DNA of 60,551 bases from a virus (taxonomy: Duplodnaviria > Caudoviricetes): positions 1 to 60,551 of the IMG/VR virus record IMGVR_UViG_3300036818_000059. One strand, 5' to 3'. The position numbers were made by a program, and so were the translations under genes. Of this stretch, positions 36,444 through 46,477 are shown piece by piece. The notes under the pieces are model-generated. The model had not been told where the DNA came from and searched no databases. It saw nothing but the letters and a program-made list of their open reading frames with translations. Numbering within the stretch: position 1 is the first letter of the stretch; every line of letters begins with the position of its first letter.

Positions 36444-36599
36444 TCACCCCCTGGCCTTGTCGATCGCGTCGGCGTAGTGGATGAACTCGAAGATCGTGAG
36501 GCGCTTGATGTCCGCAGGTCTCAGCGAGAAGTTGACGCCGAACGGGATGAGGTAGCGGTAGTACGCGCCTTTCGGGTCCGCCCACCGCTCGAAGTAGGG
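36444..36599 (-). CDS. Tail assembly chaperone frameshift extension (gpT-like)
   Basis: -1 frame PYFERWADPKG...LTIFEFIHYADAIDKARG*, high GC3, no own start. Confidence 0.7.
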   Translation of the reverse strand, partial: PYFERWADPKGAYYRYLIPFGVNFSLRPADIKRLTIFEFIHYADAIDKARG

Positions 36600-36919
36600 T
36601 CCGCTGCCTTCCGCGATGGCGCGGTGCTGTCCTTGGCTGGCTCAGCGGGCTGCTGCTTGCTCTGCTGGGCCACCTTGAACGGGCTCATCGACTTGAGGTC
36701 CGCGAATCGGCATGCTTCACCTGCACCCTGCTTGCCCAGCCACAGCATGGTATGGATGAAGCGCGCATCGCCGCGCCGGCCGCCGCCGTTGGCCATCTCG
36801 AAGAACTCGCCCAGCGTCAGGTCGACTTCCTTCTGGATGGTCATGGCCTGCTCGAAGGTGATGTCCTCGAGGTCGAAGGCGTACTGCTTGCCCTCGTACT
36901 CGAACTCGAAGTCGCTCAT
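36521..36919 (-). CDS. Tail assembly chaperone (gpG-like)
   Basis: Position before the TMP. Confidence 0.75.
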   Translation of the reverse strand: MSDFEFEYEGKQYAFDLEDITFEQAMTIQKEVDLTLGEFFEMANGGGRRGDARFIHTMLWLGKQGAGEACRFADLKSMSPFKVAQQSKQQPAEPAKDSTAPSRKAADPTSSGGRTRKARTTATSSRSASTSR

Positions 36920-36935
36920 CTGTCCCCAGTTCCTA

Positions 36936-37541
36936 CTACTTCTCGATCGCGTCCCGAGTGAGTTCCATCGCGTCCACAACGGCCGCGCGGAAGTCAGGCG
37001 CGTACTTCTGGATGGTGGCGCCGAACCACGGCTTGCCCTTCTCGGTCACCCACACCTCGCGGTTGCCGAACACCGGGTGGCGCCATCCCTTCGGCGAGTC
37101 CAACCGCTTCGGCAGCGTCTGCTGCTTCTGCGGCATGGCCTTCGAGTCGGAGATGATCTGGATGCCGCGCGTGGTGACCTTCAGCTTCACCGTGCGGGCC
37201 GCCGCCTCGCGGAGACTGCCGCCGCGCTTCAGCGCCCGCTGCCGGGCATTCTCGGTGCGAGCCTTGGACGCCTTGTGCTCGCGCCGCTGCTTTTGGCCGC
37301 CACCGCGGCTGTTCGTCGGCACACGGAAGTCGCCAGCGAAGGCTCCCGTGCCCTCCGAGGTGATCGGGATGGTGCGCACCGCATCCTGCGTTGCCTGCAC
37401 GACTGGCTTTCCGGCCTCCCGGATGGCCTTGACGAGGTTCCTGCGGAGATCCGTCTGCCCGGTCTGTCGAAGCTTCTTCGACAGCGCGCGGAACTGCGCG
37501 CCCGCCTGGCCAGAGGACAGCCGGATCTCCGCGTCGACCAT
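36936..37541 (-). CDS. Tail/neck protein (HK97 gp10-like)
   Basis: RHPVFG...KPWF motif. Confidence 0.6.
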   Translation of the reverse strand: MVDAEIRLSSGQAGAQFRALSKKLRQTGQTDLRRNLVKAIREAGKPVVQATQDAVRTIPITSEGTGAFAGDFRVPTNSRGGGQKQRREHKASKARTENARQRALKRGGSLREAAARTVKLKVTTRGIQIISDSKAMPQKQQTLPKRLDSPKGWRHPVFGNREVWVTEKGKPWFGATIQKYAPDFRAAVVDAMELTRDAIEK

Positions 37542-38575
37542 CAGAGAGTGGCTTCGTCCGAGACCAGCTTCACCTGCAGCACCGGGTCGATCTCGTTGCT
37601 GTAGCACTCGAAGGTGGTCGACATCTGCACGATGTCCGGGCCACTCACGTTCGGCGGCGCGGTCTTCAGCTTCAGTGCCGGGATGATGAAGGACAGCAGG
37701 TAGTGGTCCGAGCCTGTACCCACGCCAGCGCCCGTGAAGTCCAATTGCAGGGCAGTCGTGGTGTTGTTCGTCAAGAGGTCGTACAGCTCGGCCTTGTTGA
37801 ACTCGGCGGTGAGCTTGCCGGTGATCGTGGGGCTGTCGTTCTCCAGTTGCTGTGCCTTGAGGCCCGCGTTGCCGAGGCCGAAGCGGTCGGTGGCCAGCGG
37901 GCTCGCACCGGTCAGCGTGAACTCTGTGATGATCGTCGATACGGTGACACCACCGCTGATGGTGGTCTCGCCGCTGGCCGTGGTCGGGGTGCCGCCGAGC
38001 TTCAGCGTGGTCTGGGAGAAGTCGAACACCGACGATCCGGTCAGGAATGCGGGCGTGGCCAGGGCGACAGTGGTGTCCTCCTGCTTGCCGTCGACCGTGA
38101 CCTTGAAGGTCGGGACCGCGTTGTCCTTGCAGTCGAACTCCCAGCCGGTCACCTTGCAGCCCGAATAGGTGAACGGCTTGACCACGCCATCACTGGGCTG
38201 CGGGCGTCCCACCTGGACGGTCATACCCAGGCCGAACAGGCCGCCCGGCGTGTGGATCTGCTTGAACGCGCCGCTGGTGGCGATCTGCGTCGGCGTCGTG
38301 ATGGTCGCGCCCAGGGCGTGCTTCCACCACAGGCCCATGCCCTTGGTCGCGTGCTCGAACGTCAGGTCGCCGGACACGGACTTGCGGGACACCCGGACTC
38401 GGCTGGCCCGCTTGAACTTGGTGCCGACACGCAGACCGGTCGGCTCCAAGAACGTCGGGTCGAACGACAGCGACTCGGAGTCAAACTCCAGCGAATGCGT
38501 CGCGGTGACCGCCGTGCTCCACGTGGTCTCGGGAGCGAACATCAGTTGGGCATCGAGGCCCGTACCGGTGGGCAT
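37541..38575 (-). CDS. Major tail (tube) protein
   Basis: Size, position, FTYSGCKV motif. Confidence 0.85.
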   Translation of the reverse strand: MPTGTGLDAQLMFAPETTWSTAVTATHSLEFDSESLSFDPTFLEPTGLRVGTKFKRASRVRVSRKSVSGDLTFEHATKGMGLWWKHALGATITTPTQIATSGAFKQIHTPGGLFGLGMTVQVGRPQPSDGVVKPFTYSGCKVTGWEFDCKDNAVPTFKVTVDGKQEDTTVALATPAFLTGSSVFDFSQTTLKLGGTPTTASGETTISGGVTVSTIITEFTLTGASPLATDRFGLGNAGLKAQQLENDSPTITGKLTAEFNKAELYDLLTNNTTTALQLDFTGAGVGTGSDHYLLSFIIPALKLKTAPPNVSGPDIVQMSTTFECYSNEIDPVLQVKLVSDEATL

Positions 38576-38859
38576 CAGTTCGTCCCCTCACTCGAACCCG
38601 CGGCCGCGGAGCTCGTGTCGGCCGACGTGCTGTCGGACTTCCTGCTGGATGACTTGGCGGGCGCGGCCTTCAACTGCCACCGGACCTTCGCCCACGAACG
38701 CGCGTCGTCGCCCTCGCCGACGATGTAGGCGTCGTCGAGTTCGGCGGTGATCTCGCCGGGGACGGTGATGGTCTGGCCGGCCTTGACGTGCAGCGAATCC
38801 GCCTCGCCAGCGGGCCGGTACACGTCGACCGCGGGGCCGAGGTTGACGAAGTCGGGCAT
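38575..38859 (-). CDS. Hypothetical structural-region protein
   Basis: Coupled ORF. Confidence 0.6.
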   Translation of the reverse strand: MPDFVNLGPAVDVYRPAGEADSLHVKAGQTITVPGEITAELDDAYIVGEGDDARSWAKVRWQLKAAPAKSSSRKSDSTSADTSSAAAGSSEGTN

Positions 38860-38869
38860 TCCTTGCTCC

Positions 38870-39322
38870 CTACACGCGGGCGATTTCGATATCGATGGTG
38901 AACACGATCCGGCTCTGCAGGCCGGCATCGCCTTGCTCCAGGAACAGGTCGTTGCTGTTCATCGCAGCGACAAACGGGGGCGGCTGGCCGAGCGACGGGT
39001 CCGCGCGCAGCGCGTCCTCAACGCCGGCCAGCAGGCTGTAGGCGTTCTCGCGACTTCCCTGGACGTCGCCGCTGTCGCCCACCAGGGCCACGACGGCGCA
39101 GAAGATGGTGAACCGCTCGTTGCGCCGCTTGGCGCCCAGCCCTGCCCAGGACTGCGTGCCGCTGGCCGACTGGAACTCGCCTTCCGGGTTGCCGTCGTAG
39201 CCGATGTAGACGGCATCCCCGTAGTCGCCCGTGATGACCGGGCCGTCCCACACCTTCAAGCCCGCGTTGCGCAGTGTCGTCACGACGGCATTGATGGTCG
39301 CCGGGATCCGCGAGGTGGCCAT
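38870..39322 (-). CDS. Tail terminator-like protein
   Basis: VWDGP, ALRADPSLG. Confidence 0.7.
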   Translation of the reverse strand: MATSRIPATINAVVTTLRNAGLKVWDGPVITGDYGDAVYIGYDGNPEGEFQSASGTQSWAGLGAKRRNERFTIFCAVVALVGDSGDVQGSRENAYSLLAGVEDALRADPSLGQPPPFVAAMNSNDLFLEQGDAGLQSRIVFTIDIEIARV

Positions 39323-40128
39323 CAGAAGACGCCCGGCATGCCGAGCCCGAGCAGCTCGATCGCGCGGTTCGGCACAGCGAACCCGAGGCCGCGCGGCATC
39401 ATCGTGTCCTCAAGGCCACCGGGCAGCGCCGCACCCCGAGAGCCGCGCTTGGTCTGCCACAGGTGCTCGATGATGATGCTGGCGGCGAGTTGCACATTGG
39501 CCGCGATGACAGCCGGGCCCGCCACGTAGGTCGCCGTCACGTGCCGCTCCCACCGACCGAGCCACGGGCGGATGTGCACAACACCCGCCTGGGATGGGTG
39601 CAGTTGCGACACATCCCAGGTGCGTAGCCCGTCGATGCTCGCCAGAGAGGTGAGCGACACGACGGGCGACCGCTTGAGCACCAGCGTGCCGGCGGCGATC
39701 TCGTTGGTTTCGGTGATGGTCCGGCGCACGGCGACCTCGCCCGTCAGATCCTCGACCACGTAGGTCGCGGACTCGACGTACAGCCGCAGTTCGTCATCCG
39801 CCGACGCGTCGGTGATGTTGAGCTGCTTCTTGGCTGCGGCCAGCGAGATCAGGTACGGCGGGTCCGTCGAGGCGACATCGAAGACACTCGCGTCGGCACC
39901 AGGGTTTGTGCCGGTTCCGACCCAGCGCGCGACATGCAGTCCGGACTGGACCGTGAGGTAGTCGTACTGGTAGACGCCGGGCGAGATCGGATCGACCGGC
40001 GTCACCGTGGTCACGGTCTGGTCGGGCAGCGTGATGGTCAGCGTCATCACATCGGCGCTGACCGGCGTCCCGTCAGGATCGTTCAGTGTGAAGGACAGCC
40101 GGTAGAGGTCGCCAAGGTCGACAGCCAC
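39322..40128 (-). CDS. Head-tail adaptor with N-terminal Ig-like extension
   Basis: ISLAAAKKQLNI..DDEL. Confidence 0.75.
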   Translation of the reverse strand: MAVDLGDLYRLSFTLNDPDGTPVSADVMTLTITLPDQTVTTVTPVDPISPGVYQYDYLTVQSGLHVARWVGTGTNPGADASVFDVASTDPPYLISLAAAKKQLNITDASADDELRLYVESATYVVEDLTGEVAVRRTITETNEIAAGTLVLKRSPVVSLTSLASIDGLRTWDVSQLHPSQAGVVHIRPWLGRWERHVTATYVAGPAVIAANVQLAASIIIEHLWQTKRGSRGAALPGGLEDTMMPRGLGFAVPNRAIELLGLGMPGVF

Positions 40129-40184
40129 TGTTCGCCCCCTCTGGTCCAGATGAAGTGGAGTGGGGCGTGCCGGGTTGGCCTCGG

Positions 40185-40517
40185 TCAGGGCTTGCTGGTG
40201 TCCTTCGAGTCCGCAGCTGGAGGGTCGCCGCTATCCGCGTCAGGCACGGCATCGCCGGCCTTGCCTCGGCTGCCGCCGCGTACCGAGCGCTTCTCGCCCG
40301 GCACAGAGGTGGCCTCCTCGACGCCGGCAGCCTGGCGGCGCTTGCTCTCCTGGCCGGCGACGTACACGTCGACATCCTCGAAGTGCTCCGCCGTGCCCTT
40401 GGTGTAGGCCGGGTCCGAGGTGGAGACGATCTGGCCAGCACTGACGACCCGGATCATGCCGTCGATGGTCGTGGCGAACGGCGTCTTGCAGCGCTTCACG
40501 TCAGCCACAGTGATCAC
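40185..40517 (-). CDS. Hypothetical protein
   Basis: VEEAT..PGEKR motif seen in post-capsid genes. Confidence 0.65.
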   Translation of the reverse strand: MITVADVKRCKTPFATTIDGMIRVVSAGQIVSTSDPAYTKGTAEHFEDVDVYVAGQESKRRQAAGVEEATSVPGEKRSVRGGSRGKAGDAVPDADSGDPPAADSKDTSKP

Positions 40518-40921
40518 CGGTCCCTTCGGGTTCCGTACAGCACTGCCGCTGCGGAGTAGACGCCACCCGTGGTGGCACCCGAGACGGCCACCTGCAGGCG
40601 GGCGTACCGCTTCGCGCCGTTGTAGCCGACGTCGAACACAGCGTTGCTGTTGGTGGAGGTGATGGTCGGTGCGGTGCCCTGCACGTCGCCCGCGTTCGGC
40701 GTACCCCAGGAGGTGCCGTCGTCCGAGTCCTGGACAGTGAAGACGTGTGAGCCATCGGTCACGGTCGCCGTGCTGATGACGAACATCAGCGTGCGGTACT
40801 CGACCACGCCCGCCTGGTAACGGTCGACCGTGGCGCCCGCGAACGGGGTTCCGGTGTTGTTGCGGGCGGCCGACGTGAGCGCGACCACCGACCTGGACTT
40901 GTGGTAGATGCTGGTGCGCAT
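40514..40921 (-). CDS. Putative capsid decoration protein
   Basis: VQDSDDG..W, YNGAKRYAR. Confidence 0.65.
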   Translation of the reverse strand: MRTSIYHKSRSVVALTSAARNNTGTPFAGATVDRYQAGVVEYRTLMFVISTATVTDGSHVFTVQDSDDGTSWGTPNAGDVQGTAPTITSTNSNAVFDVGYNGAKRYARLQVAVSGATTGGVYSAAAVLYGTRRDR

Positions 40922-40945
40922 GGTCGCGCCGTCCTCCCTGTCGGG

Positions 40946-40990
40946 CACGTCAAGCCAGGCGACGCACGCGATGTCGCCTGGCTTGACGTG
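40946..40990 (-). terminator. 18-bp hairpin after the major capsid gene
   Basis: CACGTCAAGCCAGGCGAC / GTCGCCTGGCTTGACGTG. Confidence 0.75.
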
Positions 40991-41005
40991 TGTTCCGTGG
41001 TTGTG

Positions 41006-42463
41006 TCAGCCGACCTTGTTCATGCGGAAGGCGCCGTCGTTCACCGAGTCGGCACCGATGCGGCAGTAGGCGTACCAGCCGCGCTGACCGGTCGGGCGCC
41101 GGTTCGTGCCCACCAGGTGAGGGATGAACTCCACCGTCATGCCGATGCGGTCGGTGATGACGTAGTTGGAGAAGTCCCCGTAGATGAGGTTCCGCGAACC
41201 GGTGGTGATGGTGCCCACCATGGCCTCGGCCTCATACGCGGCCCGGCCGATCAGCTGCGGCGGGGTGTCCTGCTGCAGCTGGACCCACAGGCCGGCACCG
41301 CCCGCGGTGTCGAACTGGCGGACCACGTTGTAGATGGACCGCTGTGCCAGCCAGGACGCACGTCGCCGGTAGCGGGCCGGCAGCCCGTTGTCCAGCCCGT
41401 AGACCGAGGTGAGCGGCATGGCCGCGGTGCCCTGGGTCAGTTCCGAGGCGGTACCGGTCAGCGCGGTGACGATGCCGGTCGGCTCGCCCGTACCCGTGCC
41501 GTTGACCAGCTTCACGGCTTCCAGGTCATCCCGACCGAAGGCCAGCAGTTCCGCGACCGCCGTGGTGACGTTCGCCTCGTCCTGCAGTGCCTCGATGGAG
41601 ATCGGCACGAAGCCGTCCATCTTGTAGTTCGGAATGGCCGGGCCAGCGAACGTCGGCGAACCGTCGGTCGCTTCCGTGGCCTCAGCCTGGAAGGCCCACG
41701 TGACCTCGCCTGCCGAAACACCGTTCCACACATCGCCGGTCGCGACGACAGAGCGTGCGGCCTGCCGAATCTCGTTGAGCGAGCCGTTGGCGGTGATGAT
41801 GACCGTCGGGTCCAACTGGAACGGGACCAGGTAGCCACCAGCCGAGTCGGTCAGCGACATCGCACGTTCGACGGCGCGCTGCTCCTCCGGAGACATCAGG
41901 TTGCCGCGACCCATGGCCAGCTTGCTCCACGCGCGCAGGTACTCCGGCGAGGACGTGGCCAGGACCATCTTCGACAGCGGGGATTCCTTCCCGTCGAAGC
42001 GCTCGATGATGTCGTTCGCCGCGGCGCGGACCTTGTCGTTCGCGCCGGACATCTTCTCGATCGCCGAAAGGGCGCGGGCGCGCAGTTCCTCGCCGACCTG
42101 CTCCTTGGAGCGGTCGAAGGTCCGCACCTCGGAGAGGTCCCACGGGTTGCGGAACCGCTTGTCGGCGACCGAATCCGGGTGCAGGATCGGGTCGGTGTCG
42201 TAGTCGTCCCGGTTGTAGGCGCCGGACTCGATCTTCGTGGAGGCGGGCTTGCGCTCGGTCGCCGTGGTCGCGGCACGGACCCGCTCCAGCGCGGACTTGC
42301 GCTCCAACTGGCGGCGGTGGCTGTCGACGTCGGCGAACTCGCGGGTGAGTTCGTCGAAGTTGCGCTCGTCGTCGGCGGTCAGGTCGGTCTTCTCGCCGAG
42401 CCGTTCCAGCTCGGCCGAGATGTCCTGCAGGCGCAGTACCGCCTGCGGGTGCGAGAGTTCCAT
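41006..42463 (-). CDS. Major capsid protein, HK97 family with delta domain
   Basis: GGYLVP, ISIEALQD, NGTGTGEPTGI, YGDFSNY. Confidence 0.95.
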   Translation of the reverse strand: MELSHPQAVLRLQDISAELERLGEKTDLTADDERNFDELTREFADVDSHRRQLERKSALERVRAATTATERKPASTKIESGAYNRDDYDTDPILHPDSVADKRFRNPWDLSEVRTFDRSKEQVGEELRARALSAIEKMSGANDKVRAAANDIIERFDGKESPLSKMVLATSSPEYLRAWSKLAMGRGNLMSPEEQRAVERAMSLTDSAGGYLVPFQLDPTVIITANGSLNEIRQAARSVVATGDVWNGVSAGEVTWAFQAEATEATDGSPTFAGPAIPNYKMDGFVPISIEALQDEANVTTAVAELLAFGRDDLEAVKLVNGTGTGEPTGIVTALTGTASELTQGTAAMPLTSVYGLDNGLPARYRRRASWLAQRSIYNVVRQFDTAGGAGLWVQLQQDTPPQLIGRAAYEAEAMVGTITTGSRNLIYGDFSNYVITDRIGMTVEFIPHLVGTNRRPTGQRGWYAYCRIGADSVNDGAFRMNKVG

Positions 42464-42464
42464 T

Positions 42465-43406
42465 TCAGGCTCCGGTAATGGTTTCGAGCCGTTCCTTCAT
42501 GAGCGCGCTGATCTCGCGGATCTGCTCACGAAGGGGTGCGGCTGACGGGGTGGCTGATCCCGACGGGTGCCCATCACCGGGCGGCGCGTCGATCGTGGTG
42601 TCCTCGGCCGGGTGCCCCTCGCGGGACGGCGCGTCCTCGGACGTGTCTTCAGTGGTGCCGGACGGGTGCTCGTCGAGCGGCGCGTCCGTGGTCTGGGTGC
42701 CGAACAGCAGCGCGCGTGCTACCTCGCGGCGCAGGTTCGGGTTGTCGAGGTCGGCGACCTCGGGGCTTGTGTGGCGCACGAGGGTTGCGCGCACCTGGCG
42801 GCGCATGTCGTCATCGCGCTCGATCAGGGCGGCCACCGAGCGGGCCCTGACACCGACCGAGGTCTCGGCGTAGGCGGGGAACACCACGGGGCCCGCCTCG
42901 GGGCACTTCACCTCGACCAGTTCGCGGTTGAGCGGACCTCGGTCGCCGGGGTTCCACAGGAGCATGTCCAGGTCGGCCGGGCTGATCTGCTTGCCCGCGT
43001 TGTCGGTCCACAGATCGCGGACCACCATGAACCGGAACGACATGCCGTCCACGGAGCCGTCAGCGATGGCACTGCGGACCGGCTCAATCAGCCAGTTGTC
43101 CGACAGTCGGCCAACGACGTGCAGGCCCTGATCGTCCTCGGACAGATCGGAGTACACGCCGATCGGGATGGACCCGATCAGTGGGTGGTGTCCGTGGTCG
43201 AACTGCATGACGGGCGTGGTCTCGCGCAGAGTCTTCTTGAACGCGCCCTGCCGGATCGACTCGTAGAAACATCCCTCCCAGGAGTCGATCAGCGTGGGCG
43301 TGTTCCACACCGCGGCATAGCCGTCGAGGGTGAGCCCGTCGCCGGACTCCTGGGTGTCGTCGCGGAGCTTGAATGGGACCGACCGCTGCAGCAGAGTGCC
43401 GTTCAC
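42465..43406 (-). CDS. HK97 prohead protease
   Basis: GYAAVWN, FDH, GMSFRF, VVFPAY. Confidence 0.92.
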   Translation of the reverse strand: MNGTLLQRSVPFKLRDDTQESGDGLTLDGYAAVWNTPTLIDSWEGCFYESIRQGAFKKTLRETTPVMQFDHGHHPLIGSIPIGVYSDLSEDDQGLHVVGRLSDNWLIEPVRSAIADGSVDGMSFRFMVVRDLWTDNAGKQISPADLDMLLWNPGDRGPLNRELVEVKCPEAGPVVFPAYAETSVGVRARSVAALIERDDDMRRQVRATLVRHTSPEVADLDNPNLRREVARALLFGTQTTDAPLDEHPSGTTEDTSEDAPSREGHPAEDTTIDAPPGDGHPSGSATPSAAPLREQIREISALMKERLETITGA

Positions 43407-44767
43407 TGGCCGTCCTCCTTTTCGGACGCTTTCAGCCCTGTTGTATCGGTCGCCGCCGGGTCATCTGCTCCCGCTGGCCGCAACTGGACACTGAACAGTC
43501 CGGTGTGCTCCAGCAGGCTCCAGTCGTTCGCATCCACCGCTGCGCTCACCGTCGCCGGTTTGTATCCGGCGTCGATCAGCATCTTGATGGTGCTGGCCTG
43601 CTTGTTCTGGATGTTGGCCTCGTCGGCCTTGTCCTCGCGAAGGAACGGGACATCGCGCGCGTCGTACCACAGCCGCACACCGGTCGGTGCGCTCGGCATC
43701 ACCGTCGCGATCGAACCGGCCGCGTCCTGCCACAGCGGGTGCATGGTGCCGTCGGCGAACCGCCGGCGGGCCTGTGCGTAGTTCGAGTAGGTAGCCGCTT
43801 CCAGGCCCTCGGACAGGCCGACGATGACAGGCGGCACACCGCCCGCCGCAGCGATCCGCGTCTCGCCATGACCCTGCACGACCTTGAAGTCCATCTGCTG
43901 GAAGTCCGAGCCGATGACCTTCACGTCAGCGCCGCCACCGAGGTACAGGGTCTTGTAGGCGTTCTCGACGCCCTTCGTCTTCGCGTTCATCTTCTCGGCG
44001 AAGGTCATGAACTTGTCCATCGGAATCGACTTGTCCAGCGATGCCACCAAGTTCGGGGTCGCGCCGTTCTCGAAGAACTTGCTCTTATGCCGGTTCATCG
44101 CCTTGTCGTTGGTGATCTCGCGCAGCACCGGAGTCAGCCACGACATCCCCCGGTAGGTCGCGAGCGGATCCGGCGTCGGGGCGAAGTGGATGATCTCCTG
44201 CGGCAGGAACACTGCCGGCTCCGAGGTGCCACCCATTCCGCCCTCGAAGTAGGCGTAGCCCAGCCGCTTCCAGCCGACCTGGCCGGTCGCCATCATGCGC
44301 TTCTCCAGCACGATCTGAACCCAGTCCGGGCGCATCCGCACCAGCTCGTCGCCGTCGTTCACCCAGTAGCTGTTCCCGGCCAGGTCGGCGTCCTGGATCA
44401 TCCGGGTGAGCAGGCCCTGCGTGGTACCACCAACCCAGGGCTTCTCCAGCCGCGCCAAATCGGGTCGGCCGAACATTGTGGATGGCCGGCCACCTGACAT
44501 CTGCTGCCACTGGAAGCGGATCGCCGAGAACACCGCCATGCGCACAGCCATGACGGCGAACACGATGCCGTTCGCGGCGTACGCCGACGTGGCGAAGCCC
44601 TGCAGGTCGTTGCCGATCCGCTCGACAGCCTGACCCTGTGTCCCGGTCTGCTGGATGCCGCCGAAGCCGTAGACGTTGCCGTTGTAGATGAGCTCGTTCA
44701 GCGCGGCGGCGTAGTCGTCCAGCGTGGTGATCGACCGTTCACGCATGGAGCGCAGCAGGCTAGCCAC
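43403..44767 (-). CDS. Portal protein, HK97 family
   Basis: GNSY, IIHF, GMS, FENGATP, GVPP.IVG, YSNY. Confidence 0.92.
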   Translation of the reverse strand: MASLLRSMRERSITTLDDYAAALNELIYNGNVYGFGGIQQTGTQGQAVERIGNDLQGFATSAYAANGIVFAVMAVRMAVFSAIRFQWQQMSGGRPSTMFGRPDLARLEKPWVGGTTQGLLTRMIQDADLAGNSYWVNDGDELVRMRPDWVQIVLEKRMMATGQVGWKRLGYAYFEGGMGGTSEPAVFLPQEIIHFAPTPDPLATYRGMSWLTPVLREITNDKAMNRHKSKFFENGATPNLVASLDKSIPMDKFMTFAEKMNAKTKGVENAYKTLYLGGGADVKVIGSDFQQMDFKVVQGHGETRIAAAGGVPPVIVGLSEGLEAATYSNYAQARRRFADGTMHPLWQDAAGSIATVMPSAPTGVRLWYDARDVPFLREDKADEANIQNKQASTIKMLIDAGYKPATVSAAVDANDWSLLEHTGLFSVQLRPAGADDPAATDTTGLKASEKEDGQ

Positions 44768-44951
44768 GTGCCGGCCTCCGCTTCGCATCCACGTCGATCA
44801 GCAGCAGTCCGACCGCCACCGCCGAGACCCCGCCGACCATCAAGGCGATGGCCAGACTCCACAGCAGGTAGACGCCCGCGATCACCGCGCAGCCGCCGCC
44901 GAGCACCACCAGGCGTGCCGCCAGGTGAGCGTTCAGACGAACACGGCCCAC
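44760..44951 (-). CDS. Small membrane protein between terminase and portal (start uncertain)
   Basis: Two hydrophobic helices. Confidence 0.55.
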   Translation of the reverse strand: MGRVRLNAHLAARLVVLGGGCAVIAGVYLLWSLAIALMVGGVSAVAVGLLLIDVDAKRRPARG

Positions 44952-46477
44952 GGTTCGACCTCCTCGACGTTGTCGACCAGATGGGCCCAGGATTGGTAGG
45001 TGAGGCGCGCGATGCTGATCGCCACCAGCGGGCTGATGTCGGCATCTGCGTCCTTGCGGGACCAGGCGACCGTGTCGCCCGTCTCGCGTGTCTTCGCCCC
45101 GGCGACCGCGGCATCTAGCTCGGGCTGTCCGATGTGACGGACGGCGCCCTGCCGGATCGCATCCAGCGCCTGGCCAGTTGCGGCGGTCATCTGCGAGGCC
45201 GAGGTGACGAGCAGGTCACCGCGAGCCGGTTGCTCGGACTCCTCCGGCGGCGTGATGCCCACCTTCGCCAGCTCGACCGCTAGGGACGCACCCGTCGCCC
45301 GGCCCATGCCGATGCCGACCGGATCGAGTCCTTCGCGCAGGTCCACGATCCGGTCGACTAGCCAGTTCGTGCCCGGCCGGTAGTCGATGATCTGCCAGTG
45401 GCCCAGGCCATCCTCGCGGGGACCGAACATGCCGATCGCCGCGTAGTCGCGCTGAGGCGAGATGTCCACGCCCAGCGCCAGGAAGCCGTCCCGCTTCGAC
45501 AGGCCGTCCAGGAGCTTCGCCCACTGCGCCATGTCGATCGCGCCTCCGCCTTCACGGCGCTTAGGCCACAGCCCGAGCACCTCGCGGGCGAAACCTGCAC
45601 CGCCGTTCGCGGTCATCGACCGGCGCATCCGCTCGATCGTCTCCACGGTGACCCGTCCGAGACCCAAGGCCGGATTGGACTGTGCCCACAGTCGCCGGTC
45701 GTCCAGGTCGACCTTCGCCAGGTCATCCAGGTGCCCGTCCAGGCCCCAGTCGCGGTAGCCCAGCGAGTCATCCCCGCCGGACTCGGCCCTCTCCTTGAGC
45801 GCGTACATCACGGCGCCCGTGTCGCCGGTGAGCGGCGGCGAGGACAGGTACACGATCTGTGCGTTCGGACGGGCGATCAGCGTCGGCATCAGGGCGTCCT
45901 GCTGGTCGGTCGTGTAGGCGAACGCCTCGTCGATGACGTTCACGTCACCGGAGAAGCCTCGGCCGGACCCCTTGGACCGGGCGATGAACTTCAGCCGCTG
46001 GCCGGTGTCGAGGCGTTCGAAGCCTTCTTCACCGTTGGTGTTCGAGATCTTCACCAGGACGCCGTCGCCCAGATCCACCATGGTCTCGCTGATCGGCTTG
46101 CCGAGCGCCCGGATCAACGTCCGGACCCGCCGGAACGCCTCCATAGCCGTCTTGTACTCGTGCGCCGACCACAGCAGCAGTTCCTCGTCCAACACGAACA
46201 GCCCGGTCAGGACTCTGGCCTCGCCGAGGCCGCCCTTGCCGTTCTGGCGGGCCACCCACTCCGCGTACTCGTAGCAGGCCCACTTCGTATCGGCACGCGT
46301 GGACAGCATCAGTTCCATGCCGTCGCCCTGCCACGGCTCCAGCGGCTTACCGGCCGCGGCCATCAGGTCGACGGAGAGATAGCCGTACGAGCCTGTGATG
46401 ATCGACGGTCGGACATCAACTCGCGGGTAGCGGGCCCCGAGCAGCACGCCGGGCGGCGAGGTCAGCAAGGACGCCAC
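44933..46477 (-). CDS. terL: Terminase large subunit
   Basis: LEPWQ, RQNGKG, VIDEA, YLSS, GVDISP, DISPLVA. Confidence 0.95.
   Translation of the reverse strand: MASLLTSPPGVLLGARYPRVDVRPSIITGSYGYLSVDLMAAAGKPLEPWQGDGMELMLSTRADTKWACYEYAEWVARQNGKGGLGEARVLTGLFVLDEELLLWSAHEYKTAMEAFRRVRTLIRALGKPISETMVDLGDGVLVKISNTNGEEGFERLDTGQRLKFIARSKGSGRGFSGDVNVIDEAFAYTTDQQDALMPTLIARPNAQIVYLSSPPLTGDTGAVMYALKERAESGGDDSLGYRDWGLDGHLDDLAKVDLDDRRLWAQSNPALGLGRVTVETIERMRRSMTANGGAGFAREVLGLWPKRREGGGAIDMAQWAKLLDGLSKRDGFLALGVDISPQRDYAAIGMFGPREDGLGHWQIIDYRPGTNWLVDRIVDLREGLDPVGIGMGRATGASLAVELAKVGITPPEESEQPARGDLLVTSASQMTAATGQALDAIRQGAVRHIGQPELDAAVAGAKTRETGDTVAWSRKDADADISPLVAISIARLTYQSWAHLVDNVEEVEPWAVFV

Noticed and set aside
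32328-37604. Long plus-strand ORFs (451 aa, 629 aa and similar ones genome-wide)
   Set aside because: Antisense shadows of high-GC minus-strand genes, with no recognisable motifs
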